A stretch of 63,476 nucleotides of DNA, filler included, from Hausera hauseri (lineage: Eukaryota), in NCBI GenBank assembly GCA_046269625.1. It is 11 parts of 11 records of this genome, joined end to end, with 100 filler letters (N's around TTAATTAATTAA, not from the genome) between each part and the next. Parts side by side here need not be neighbours in the genome. Positions count along the whole stretch, not along the records: positions 10,314 to 15,619 come from JBJURY010284836.1; positions 15,720 to 21,198 come from JBJURY010245738.1; positions 21,299 to 25,611 come from JBJURY010641552.1; 8 more parts are not named here. One strand, given 5' to 3'. Under the pieces are notes generated by a model. It did no database searches, had not been told where the DNA came from, and saw nothing but the letters and a program-made list of their open reading frames with translations. Below are positions 12,790-24,170 of the stretch, piece by piece. Made by a program: the position numbers and the translations under genes. Numbering within the stretch: the stretch's first letter is position 1; each line of letters opens with the position of its first letter.

Positions 12790-13737
12790 GCTTTTTCATA
12801 AAGGCACATTTCCAAATGATCGATTACGTCAACCGGCCGTAATACATTGATGCCACGATGTGTAGAATGATTGTATGCATGAATAATATCCCGCAGTACA
12901 TCTACCAGCGTTTTTTGCCTTGCTTCGTGAAGAATTTGTTTAGGCGCCTGCGCAGTGTTCGATTAAATCGTTCAACGAGTTCAGCTTTGTATTGGGAAAA
13001 CACCGAGTGGTGGTTTACACCGAACCGTTTCAAGACCGCTACAACAGGGGCGTTGTAGAATTCCTTACCCAAATCCGTTTGTCAATGCTTCGGTGTCTGT
13101 TGTTGTATCAGTGTCTGAACAGCGTCGGCAATCTCTACCGGATTTAGATTTCACGTCAATTGCACGTGCAAAACGACTAAATATATCAACACATGTCAGC
13201 ACGTACCGATACCCATCGTTGATGCTGACGTACAGAATCATTTCCATCAGATCCATTTGCCATACGTTATTTACACCGGCAGCACGGTATGAACGAGTTG
13301 GAAACCGTCTTCTTATCGGTTTGTTTAGACTGTATGCTAAGTCTTTCCCGAGCTGAAATGCGGAAAACCTCGTCGCTCCAGTTCTGATTGAAATTCTTAA
13401 TGAATGGCGTCATACTTACTTTCTAAATACGTACGTAAGCACCGATTTTATGTATTGGGCGTTTAATTGCTTGTTGTTGTTGTCGTTGTGTTGTTCGCTT
13501 TTGATAAAGCCACATGTCAAAATCATCAATTATGTCAACCAGGCGCATTCCATTGATGCCACGATGTGTCGAGTGTTTGTATGCATAAATAATATCTGGC
13601 AGTACATCTTCCCAGAGTTTGTTGCCTTGCTTCGTAAAGAATTTGTTTAGGCGACTGCTCAATGCTCGATTAAATCGTGAAACAAGTGAGGCATTGTACT
13701 GGGAAAACATCGAGTGGTGGTTTAGGCCTAACAACAA
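12790..13737 (-). pseudogene. Two rearranged fragments of the Polinton retroviral-type integrase
   Basis: WQMDLMEM..YRYVLTCVDIFSRFA (13065..13256) and a second copy of LVSRFNRAL..HSTHRGINGMR (13423..13737). Confidence 0.85.
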
Positions 13738-13789
13738 AAGCAGCCACTAGACGCAAACTACCATCATAGTGGCAACGGCTATAAACAAC

Positions 13790-14144
13790 TACATCTCAGT
13801 ATCAATAGGTCCAAAAGTACATGACATTAAAACGTAGTCAGCCGTACATTATTGCTTTGCTCAAGGTACCTACGAGACATAAGCGAAACATGCTGTGATC
13901 ATTCCCACAATTTGTAGTAGACGATTTGATGGAAATTTTATACAATATCGTTGTGGGTAACGTTAACATTGGTAGTGGAAAGCGGAATTTACTAAAGTAT
14001 CGAAAACTACTCATTGGCCTTGCCAACATCCGTTATAAAGGATTGAAACGAGAGGTTATATACCAGCAAGACGGCGGATTCCTTTGTGCAATTCTACCGA
14101 TTATCACGTTATTACTGGGTGAACTAATTGGTGGAATAGTTTAG
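13790..14144 (+). pseudogene. Polinton small protein with adenovirus pX-like QxGGFL hydrophobic C-terminus
   Basis: LMEILYNIVVGNV...YQQDGGFLCAILPIITLLLG. Paralogous copies at ~42087 and 61813. Confidence 0.65.
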
Positions 14145-14182
14145 TATAAACAATGACGGTAAGTATATGATGATTTGGCGAT

Positions 14183-14300
14183 ATGGGTGCATGGTTTAAA
14201 TCTTTCTGTCCTAGTTTACCGAATCTTTCATTTACGTTTCGTTCTAATTGTTGTAATGCAAGCAAAACCGACACCATCGACGGCAACAATGGGCAATGTG
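14183..14300 (+). CDS. Small conserved ORF (MGAWF..SNCCN), putative myristoylated peptide; 3' end uncertain
   Basis: The same peptide is recognisable in three element copies (14183+, ~42457+, ~61787-). Confidence 0.45.
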
Positions 14301-15316
14301 TGGTTCGACCCGCGTCATCCCGTCGGGTATACTCGCGTCAACAAACTGCCAACGACTGTCAAACAGACTCGGCAACAGACCGAACGTTTGCTCGGGAAAC
14401 ATTTAGCATACAGCCTAAACAAACCGATAAGAAGGTGGTTTCCATCTCATGCATACCATGCTGCCGGTGTAAATAATGTATGGCAAATGGATCTGATGGA
14501 AGTAATTCCATACGCCAGCATCAACGATTAATATCGGTATGTGCTGACATGTGTTGATGTGTTTAGTTGTTTTGTACGTGCAATTGCCGTAAAATCTAAA
14601 TCAGCTAAATAGTTTGCCGACGCTGTTCAGACACTGCTGATATAACAACAGCTGCCGAAGCATTTACAAACGGATTTTGGTAAGGAATTCTACAATATCC
14701 ACGTTGCAACGGTTTTGAAACAGTTCGGCGTAAACCACTACTCGATGTTTTCCCAATACAAGGTGCACTCGTTGAACGATTTAATCGAACACTGCGCGGT
14801 CGCCTAAAGAAATTCTTTACGAAACAAGGCAACAAACGATGGATAGATGTACTGCCGGATATTATTCATGCATACAATCATTCGAAACATCATGGCATCA
14901 ATTGATTACGGCCGGTTGACGTAATCGTTAATTTGGACATGTAGCTTTATCAAGACCGAACCCAACAAGGACAACAGGCAGTTAAACGTCGCCCAAAATA
15001 TAAAATCGGTGATTATGTACGTATTTTAAACCATTCATTAAGAATTTCAATCGGAACTGGATCGACAAGGTTTTTCGAATTTTGGCAATCAACACAAAAC
15101 AAAGTCCGGTTATGTACGTCTTAGAAGATGAAAATGGTGACGAAATACGTGGCAAATTTTACGAACAGGAACTGCAAGTACTACCGGAAAAATCTGATGT
15201 GTATCGTATTTAGGAAATTCTACGTTCACATGGCAAAGGTTCGAATAAACAATATATTGTCATTTGGCATGGATACACTACATCGAGTTGGATTTTTGCA
15301 TCGCAGATTAAGTGAT
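14256..15316 (+). pseudogene. Polinton integrase with C-terminal chromodomain
   Basis: WFDPRHPVGY, WQMDLME, LQTDFGKEFYN, VERFNRTL, NWIDKVF, GKFYEQELQ, QYIVIWHGY..SWI. Confidence 0.9.
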
Positions 15317-15319
15317 TAG

Positions 15320-15619
15320 CATTTATTTGGTACTTGATAGTAACAGATCATTATCACAACATGATGAGGACGACGACAATGACGACAATACCGCTAAACA
15401 GTTTACTGTGCACTTGGACCAACCGATCGATCTAGGCTACGGAGCCTAGAAAGTGGCTTTAACAGAATTCATGTTTACATTTTCACCAATGACAATACGT
15501 CAGAACAGTGGTATTTACTTTACCCGACAAGAAATGTACCCGATTTCAAGTCGTTTGCGGACAATCCGACACAATAACCGATATGTTCTTCGCAATTATT
15601 CGCGAGAAAATTTTTCGGT
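15320..15619 (+). pseudogene. Penton A N-terminus, cut by a spacer
   Basis: IYLVLDSN..FTVHLDQPIDL..VALTEFMF. Confidence 0.78.
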
Positions 15620-15730
15620 NNNNNNNNNNNNNNNNNNNNNNNNNNNNNNNNNNNNNNNNNNNNTTAATTAATTAANNNNNNNNNNNNNNNNNNNNNNNNN
15701 NNNNNNNNNNNNNNNNNNNTTATAATCAAA

Positions 15731-16995
15731 TTGCGACAAAATTCAACCAATCTTTCAAATTTAATAGATATTTCCGGACCTACATACGCTGTATATATGT
15801 CAGTCGCCAGAGGAACTATCCAGCTTAAAAGTAAATCACGTTCTAAAGAAATTACGGATGTGATGGAAATCTTGAATAAAATAACAGTTTGTTTGGACCC
15901 ACGATTGTACGCTAATGCTACAATCACCTTACGAACAGGCGAAGGACCATTTCCAATAATTTATGTAGAGGTCATAAAAAAGGATCAGTTACCACGATTG
16001 GATTATCAGATCCCTAAGTATATTACCTCAAGGCCAAAAGAAATTGACGTTGAGAAAGGATTATCGTTTACTAGGAGATCAATAAGATCAAAAGAAGAAA
16101 TAGTAATAATAGATGTAAATCCCATATATCTATTTACCCCAGTCAGAAATACAGAAATGACTACAGCAGAAATAACTATAATGAATTTAAATGGTGAAAT
16201 CATCGTAGACGAAATTCTATGTCCACGAGAAAAAATTGACAATTATAATAGCCATATAACTGGGCAAAAAGAAGATCACATTATTGGACAAAAGGATTCT
16301 TACCATGAGGAACCCTTTTTAAGGAAAACGATCGTTGGAAAAGTATTCGTTGGCATTGATGTTTATCACATCCTTGCGAATATTTTTAGATGATTATAAT
16401 AATTTATTGGGAATTAGAGCTTTTGTACCATGATAATGTTAATCCCCAACGAACCTATACGGCCAAACAAATTCTCACACAATATAATGGTAATATATAT
16501 CCTCAAAGAACACAGAATAAAGCAATAACTATATTAAAAATCTATAATTCTATTCCGGAATATCAAAATGAGCAATTTGAAGAACTAGTGGATACATCAT
16601 TAACTCCTGACAATCCCATCTCATCAAGTTTGTCAATGACAACTTTACCTGATAACAACCAAGCAGGTATACTCTCATCGACTCAAATAACGAAAGATTC
16701 CTATACTGATCTTAAACCTTTGACACCAACCAGTTCTACCGAATCTATTTTCGTTGATCTTACAAAGATGACAAAGAAAAAGAAAATCCAAAAGATAGAA
16801 ACGATCACCCTAAAAAGGCAGATTAAAAAGAAAGGACGATTATTTGATATCAAGTCTGTTGATTACGAAGACTCCAATGGAATTATAGAAGCTTACGCTC
16901 TGATGCTGCGGACAGCATCATCTAAGGAGGGAGATGTGTACAAACAAAATATTGAACAAACAAGACCTAAAAAGGAAAATGAATTAAATTACTAA
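15731..16995 (+). CDS. ISG20/REX4-like DEDDh exonuclease-fold protein, catalytically degenerate, split by one frameshift
   Basis: IVIIDVNP..AEITIMNLNGEIIVDEILCPREKIDNYNSHITG..GKVFVG aligns by eye with the REX4/ISG20 pattern AIDCEM..ARVSIVN..G..LYD.YVKP...VTDYRT..SG..GRILVGH. Confidence 0.65.
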
Positions 16996-17395
16996 ACAAA
17001 TAAAAACCACTTACAATTTCTTGTTGTGATTTTTTCTCTGTGACTGAAAAATGATTTTATATTTTCCTTTAATTTATGGTAATAGATTTTTATTTATTAT
17101 GTAAATTTCTCGTAATGATCATGGACTATATATACTAATGTGAATTTGTAAATTTTAAACCACTGATAATTGTAACAACATGAATGTCACTTATGATGAT
17201 TGTAAGTTTTTCTTTGTTTCATTTTCTTGTTTCTTCTTTTGATTGTTAATCTAGTTTTAATTTTAATTACATATTTTGATCATTATTTATTTCTTTGTTG
17301 TTGTGTTATAATAAATTGATTAAAGTTAATTAAGTATACTGTATAGTAATAAGTGTAAATAAAGTAAATTTGGGTCCCTATTTGGTATACCTTCC

Positions 17396-17640
17396 TTTAA
17401 ACAGGTCGGTTGTCAAAAATCTCTAAGTAAGGGTGAGCTACGTCAGTGTACCTCCTGACGATACTCGCACATTAAGGTCAAATAATCATAAGTAAAAGAC
17501 GTCGGCGGACCCACAGGCCGCTGATTACCATAATACGATAAATTTAGCTTGAGGCAAGGAGAGGACTCAAGCTTTTAAGTTAAGAGTATAAGTTTAAGGT
17601 CGGAAGACCAAAAAGACTTAACCTATAAACCTATCAAACA
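17396..17640 (+). repeat. Possible weak PPT and LTR start
   Basis: TTTAAACAGGTCGGT followed by TGTCAAAA after a long AT-rich 3' region, with a composition shift. No second LTR is visible. Confidence 0.3.
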
Positions 17641-18359
17641 GGAACAAGAAAAGCAAGTTCAACAACAATAGCAGCAACTCCAACTTCAACAGCAGCAAAT
17701 TTATAAATCAGAATCATTCATCGACGATTCAATCCTCTATTCAGATGCCATGCCTTATTATTCCGTTTCTTCTGACCATGAGCCAAATTTCTAACAGCCA
17801 GTCCACGAAATCAATCGATTGATGGCAAAAATTTTTTTCCGAATTGGAAAACGTCGTAAAATGTGAAAAGAATTCGGCGGAAATGGGGAAAACATTGACG
17901 GGAAAATATGCAAAACTTGGAAGGCAAATTGCAGCGTCATTTCTCAAGGAGACCAAACAAAACAAACGAATTAATGCAGTCGAAGATGCCAATGCTGCAT
18001 TAAAAAGCCTCTGTCGAATATTCAACATAATTCTTCAAAACAATTGCTAGTTTTCGTAAACAAATTCTGGCGCCGATCGAATAGACCTAATGAAATGGGA
18101 CTTCGATATGCTTTACAAAAAATTTCAATCCCTCAAAAATGACAAAGATGTCGAACGAAATTCCATTCCACATTTAATGGAGATCGTTGATGTGTTTTTG
18201 AAAATATTTCCGTTTTCGATTATTCACGGATTTGGAATTGAAACTTGGTCGTGATTGGCAAATTTTTGTTTTAATAATAGAAAAATTTTTGTTAACTAGT
18301 TTGAAATAAAAAATCGTTCATTTTACGCCATTTTTTTAACTGATTCAACTTTAACAATT

Positions 18360-18770
18360 ATGAGTTTTAGTCGTAAATCGAAAGCCTCTTTTGACGGCAT
18401 TATTGAAGAATTAGATGATTACGTTCGAATTTCATCAAATTTACGTGAGTTGCTTCCACAGTCATATTGTGAATATTGCTCGACGCCGCTAAATTCATTG
18501 AATATTTGTATTGCTCATTACAATGATAAGAAATATAAACGACGGATGGGATTTTTCGGTGATGAAGATGTCTTGTATTTTGATCCAAAATTGCGACCAG
18601 ACCGCTTAACAAAATTTGACAATCAGTACTGCAACCTTTTCAATCGAATTGTTGACATTGGTGGACGGTTTGTGGTGGATGAATCAAATAAAATGGACGA
18701 TGGTCGATGCGATTTATATAGATCCGTGTCTAGCACCCATCATAAATGGTGTCAGAAAATTTTTTCCGAT
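18360..18770 (+). pseudogene. Matrin/ZMAT-type (dsRNA-binding) zinc-finger gene fragment
   Basis: YCEYCSTPLNSLNICIAHYNDKKYKRR (C-x2-C-x12-H-x5-H pattern, last His lost) followed by two decayed fingers. Confidence 0.6.
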
Positions 18771-19650
18771 GTCCTGCTGCTCGGACGTTTGCGTGTTGGA
18801 CAAGAATTTTTTCACAAAGGTAATATTTATATTCTTCTCAATTGTGAATCTTAAACTTGCCGATGTTAGGCAGTCTTTACAAAACTATTGTTTTATAATT
18901 GCTTCATCTGAATTTTCCCAGTATCAACCATTTACGATGCCCATTTTTTAATTTTGAATGAAACTCTTGGACAAACTGCGATATCCATATATAATGCACA
19001 TAAATGGCTTCACGTCGATGTTACAGAAGAAACATTCGGTCGACGATTAGAGACAGATTTTCCTGAGACAGATTTTCGAAATTCCCATTCTTATCAGCAT
19101 CTAAATCCAAAACGAAAAAGACGTCTCTGTCATTCGAACATCTTTCTGAATCCGAATGCATTCAGTCCAAAGAATGCTTACTGTGTACGCTTGGTTCTAT
19201 GTCGATGTGAATGTAAGAGACCAGATTAGTTAAATGACAAAGCAGTCGACTTTCAACTCGCTAAGGAAAACTCTAAGGGTGTGGACAAATATGTCTGCGA
19301 ATAAAAGTGTATGGTGAATGCTTTTTACCGTTATGTCCTCAACGTCATATTCTTCAACTGGAAGTTGATAAACCTATCCTTCCGAATAAGGGGAACATCA
19401 AATTTAGGATGTTATACTTTGACAATCCGAGTCATTTCTACATCCGTGTTTTTAATCATTCTGCAGAGGGCTCTACTGAGACATTCAAATGCGGTTATAT
19501 GCAAGTCGAATTAAAAGAAAACAGTTATTTCAGCCATCGTCATAATGTCTATGGTGTTAATGCCAAATTTATTCAACCCAGACTTATCGCTGCATACCAA
19601 TCCAAAGACGGCTTTGAACGAGTTAAAGTCCTCCAAAAGATAGCAAAAAA
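18770..19650 (+). pseudogene. TDRD12/Yb-like helicase-Tudor gene fragment
   Basis: GRLRVG (helicase motif VI-like), QLAKE..VCE*KVYGECFLPLCPQRHIL..D..P..GNIKF..NPSHFYIRV, then Tudor-like AAYQSKDGFERVKV. Resembles the TDRD12 CCCH/extended-Tudor junction. Confidence 0.6.
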
Positions 19651-19829
19651 AGCGGGGACCTCGGCTACCCCGCAGTTTGCGGCCCGTCACGGCGAGACTG
19701 AAGCCCCGGCGGCCCACTATATTCCATTGGGTCAGACGGCACCGCTCGTTGCCGTCCCACGACACGCCATCGGCCACACGACCTCTTCTTACTTTTTATT
19801 GTTTTTCTTAAATAACACATTTGCACAAA

Positions 19830-21198
19830 TGCAACAATGGACGTCTACCCTCTACCATTAATCAGCGATATCCTTCACAAGCTCCATGGTTCGACCATCT
19901 TTTCCTCCATTGATTTACACAAAGCATACCACCAAATTCCGGTGGCCCTAGCAGACATTCCAAAAACGGCTGTCATTACACCTTTTGGCTTTTTCGAATA
20001 CCTTTTCATGCCTTTTGGAATACGTAGCGCTTCCCAGGCCTTCCAAAGGCATATCGATACAGTTCTCTCAGGTTTAGACTTTGCTTATCCCTATATCGAT
20101 GATATCCTAATTGCATCATCCTCTACGAAACAACACTCCGAACACTTACGTTTACTCTTCCAGCGTTTGCACCAAAACAATTTGCAAGGCAATTTCTTCA
20201 AATACTCTTTTTTCAACATAAGATCAACTTCCTAGGACATGTTATTAGCTCCTCTGGACATTCATCTCAGCCAAAGCGCATCACACAGCTAAAAAACATA
20301 CAGCTACCACGTACATCAACAGAGATGCAATCTTTCCTAGGAACCTTGCACTTTATTCATAAGTATATTCCACACTGCTCCACTCTAACCGCTCCATTTG
20401 CATCACTAAGCTCTGGCAAGAAAAAGCAGCCTATTCAATGGACCGCCAAGCTAGTCAACGCTTTCGGTCACCTCAAAGATAATCTAAAACCGTGGAAATC
20501 CTGGCCTATCCCGACTCCCAGGCAGAACACTTTTTAACAACGGATGCATCCACAATAGCTGCAGGTGCTGGACAATATTCCTACAGACAAAATCATACAA
20601 GCGACTCATAGGCACTTCGTTGCGATCAGCAAAGACTCATTTTGTAAATTATTACACGGAAATAAACCTTACATACCCGACGATTTATATACTGCCAACT
20701 TCGTATGGCTAAAGAATCAGACGCCATGTGGTTTTCGACCTTACTATGTTGGTCCTTACAAAGTAATTCGTTTACACTGTCACAACATCATCATTCTTAA
20801 GGATGACAAAGAAGTAACAGTCCACATCAACAACGCTAAGCCGGCTTTCTTCATTGACGATATATCTTCCATCGAAATCACTTTTCCACCAACATCTTTG
20901 CACGACGCGCAGCAATCCAACAATTCACCTTCCATCTCTGCTCAATTCTTTAACCCACTTTTCCCTACGTTTTTTCCCAAGATTTTTACTTCAATTTTTT
21001 CTGACAGTTCAGCCTCTTTTTCCCCATCCAATTTTGCACCTTCAAGCCTTTTCACACTTCCTTCATCCCCTGGTGACAACCGGCTTTCTCCTATTACAAG
21101 ACCTCCTCCGCCAAACACCACTTCAACTTCACCCATATCTCCATCTACCCCTTTCATAATTCCAACCTCTTGCATACCACCTTCCAACTACTTTCCTT
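19830..21198 (+). mobile_element. pol: Internally deleted gypsy pol, same family as 980..4410
   Basis: RT YPLPLISDIL..DLHKAYHQIP..MPFG..YIDD. Jumps from LTTDAS directly to the post-integrase GPY region and a Pro/Ser-rich tail. Confidence 0.9.
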
Positions 21199-21569
21199 NN
21201 NNNNNNNNNNNNNNNNNNNNNNNNNNNNNNNNNNNNNNNNNNTTAATTAATTAANNNNNNNNNNNNNNNNNNNNNNNNNNNNNNNNNNNNNNNNNNNNGA
21301 TCGTTAGCATGTATTGATAAATCCGGACGCAACGATCTAATGTTATGAATATCGTTGAAAACTGATGAGAACAAATCTGATTTAAGTGGCTCAAATCGTG
21401 GTTGAAAAGTAAATTGATCATCGATCATTTGAAAATACATCCAACAGCAATGGAAAAAAAAATCGAACTCCGCATAATGTATTTTAATATTAAAACAAAA
21501 AGCTTTTATTTTACAAATTCCACATGTAGATCACCAATTGGGTGAATGTGGGCACCACAACCGCCATTG

Positions 21570-22856
21570 TCGATTGACGTTTTGAACATGGATTTGATTC
21601 TGCATCTGGTAAACTTGGAAAGATATTGGTTACTACAACAATGACTGTTTACAAAGAAACCATTTTGGACTTTTTACAACCACCAGCTAAATTTCATTAC
21701 ATGTTTGTTCTTCGAGACTTCGCCAGAGTTATTAACGGCGTTTTATTGATCCCCAGTACACATATAACCAACACAGACAAATTAATGAGACTTCGGGCCC
21801 ATGAGGTATACCGAGTATTCTAAGATAGATTGACAATGGATGAAGACCGAAAAAATTTTTCGAAATTGTCAAATCAACACTTACCGATTGTTTTAAGACA
21901 AATAGTGATAAAATCCTCGGTCACTTGAATCTTAGTGAAAGGCAGTGTGTCGAAAATGGCAACATGCATGGCGGAATATGAACTCTGTTATAAAAATAAC
22001 TTGGAATTATGGCCATTACGAATGACGTGATAATTTAGAAAAACTTTTAACAAAGGCTGGATGTGATGCAAAGCCAATCACATTCCTCTTTTCTGACAAT
22101 CAAATCAAACAGGAGTCATTCATGGAGGATATATCAATGCTTCTAAAAACGGGGGATGTTCAAAATTTATATGTAGCCAATGAGAAGACAGAAATTTTGG
22201 AGAAAATTCAAAATGCCGCAAGAATTGAAGGTCGAATAATTGATTCAACATCAATGGTATTGCATAACTACTTTACAGAACGAGTTAAACAAAATCTGCA
22301 CATTGTATTGGCAATGAGTACTATCGGAGACGCGTTAAGAAACCAATTGCATATGTTTCCATCTTTAATACATAGTTGTACGATCGACTGGTTCCTAGTT
22401 TGGCCTCAATATGCACTAGAAATGGCTGCCAATAAATTTTTGGAAGATATTGAAATGAATGACCATACGAGAGATGCAATTATCGCTGTGTAGATTTTAT
22501 TATGAAAGTGTTCGACATTGTCTAAGAAATGTCTTAGTACCTTAAGAAGGCATAATTACGTAACCCAAACGTCATATCTGGAGTTAATTAAAACTTTCAA
22601 GAAACTACTTAATTTTAATCGGAATGAATTACTCACACTGAGAAATGGATAGCTTACAGGTTTAGAGAAATTGGGTTTTGCTGCTCAAGAAGTGGGGAAG
22701 ATGCAGTTTGAACTAAAAGCTTTACAACCTCAACTAATTGAAACATCGGGAAAAATAGGTCGATTTTTAAAAAAGGTTGAACAAGATGCAGTCGAGGTAG
22801 AAGTCAAACGGGAATTGTTGGCTGCTGATCAGGCAGTAGGAAATGAAAAAGCATGA
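21570..22856 (+). pseudogene. Axonemal inner-arm dynein heavy chain (DNAH3/7/12-like) fragment
   Basis: PPAKFHYMFVLRDFARVINGVLL..HEVYRVF*DRL; FLFSDNQIKQESFMEDI..LHIVLAMSTIGDALR..PSLIHSCTIDWF; RRHNYVTQTSYLELI. Contains stops and an internal deletion. Confidence 0.9.
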
Positions 22857-22933
22857 ATTAACATCGTCAAATAATCTACATTTGGATAATTATGAAATAG
22901 AACGCAGTATCCGTAACTTTAATCAACCATCTC

Positions 22934-24170
22934 GTATCGGATGCTTTTTAGAGGTATAGAAATAATAACACGAATAAATTGTATTAATTGACATGAGATT
23001 GGCTTTATTTTACTTGAATATGATTTATGGAATATGGCCGCTGCGACTGGCTCGGATGAGGTCCAATCGGGAGATCCAATTTTAGATCACTTTTAGCAGC
23101 ATTTAGGGCCGTATATCGGTAATAACGCGGCGAATGTTGTCTTCCAAGTCGTCAATCGTCTCTGGCTTGTCGGCGTAGACTAGCGACTTTACATTCCCCC
23201 GATGAAAATAGTCCAGCGGTGTTAAATTGCATGATCTTGGAGGCCAATTCACAGGTTCAAAACTAGAAATTATGCCCTCACCAAACGTATCCTTCAATAA
23301 ATCGATTGTGGCATGCGTTGCATGACATATTGCGTCGTCTTGTTGAAACCACAGCTCCCAGACATCAAGGAGATTCAATTCAGAAATGAAAAAGTCATTG
23401 ATCATGGCTCTATAGCGGTCACCATTGACTGCAAGCGGCAGTCGTTCTTGACTGGACCAGTGATTCCACCAGCCCATAAGGTATACCAAACAGTCAGTTT
23501 TCCGGATGTAACTGCGTCTGAACAATGGCTTGGAAATGGTATGGAAGTTTTTCTCATTAACGTACCCGTTCAACCAAAAATTAGCATCGCTGAAAAAAAT
23601 CTCTTTTGGAAATCGGGATCATCAGCAATCACGTTTTGGGCTTATTTACCGAATGTACGCCGTGCCCAGTGGTAGTGCGGCTTCAATTCTTGCACGAGTT
23701 GGATTTTGTAAGCCTGCAAACCAAGATCTTTCGGCAAAATCTTCCATAAAGTGGATGGAAACAGATCCAATTGTTGTGCAAGATGACGGATGAACTCATT
23801 TGGGTCTTCCTCGATGCTACATTCTACAGCAGCAATAATTTCTTTAATATGAACTGTGTGACGTCTCGGAGGATGCATGTTATCATTAAGAGTAAACGTA
23901 ATACGAAAACGTTCCATCATTAATAGAATTAATTGCTCTGATGGACGATTATGGCGACCATAAAATGGACGTAGTGAACGATGCATTTCACAAAAACAGA
24001 ATCATGTTTTTCGAAATTAATTTGCACAATTTGCGAGCGTTGTTCAGGCGTTGTCTATTCATAACAAAATGGCAAATCATTATCCTTCAAATAAAGCCAA
24101 TTTCTTGTCAATTAATAAAATTTGTTTTATTTCATTTAAAGTTCCATACCTCTAAAAAACAAACACCAGA
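22934..24170 (-). mobile_element. Tc1/mariner transposon, rosa/DD41D-like, degenerate
   Basis: Transposase motifs YKIQLVQELKP, FSD..FWLNGYVN, WFQQDDAICH, WPPRSCNLTPLDYF. Inverted termini share TTTTAGAGGTAT(A/G)GAA at ~22945 and ~24142-24158. Confidence 0.9.

Noticed and set aside
8360-15619. An intact, active Polinton
   Set aside because: Most genes carry stops or frameshifts, no TIR/TSD pair was identified, and pPolB is not on the same segment.
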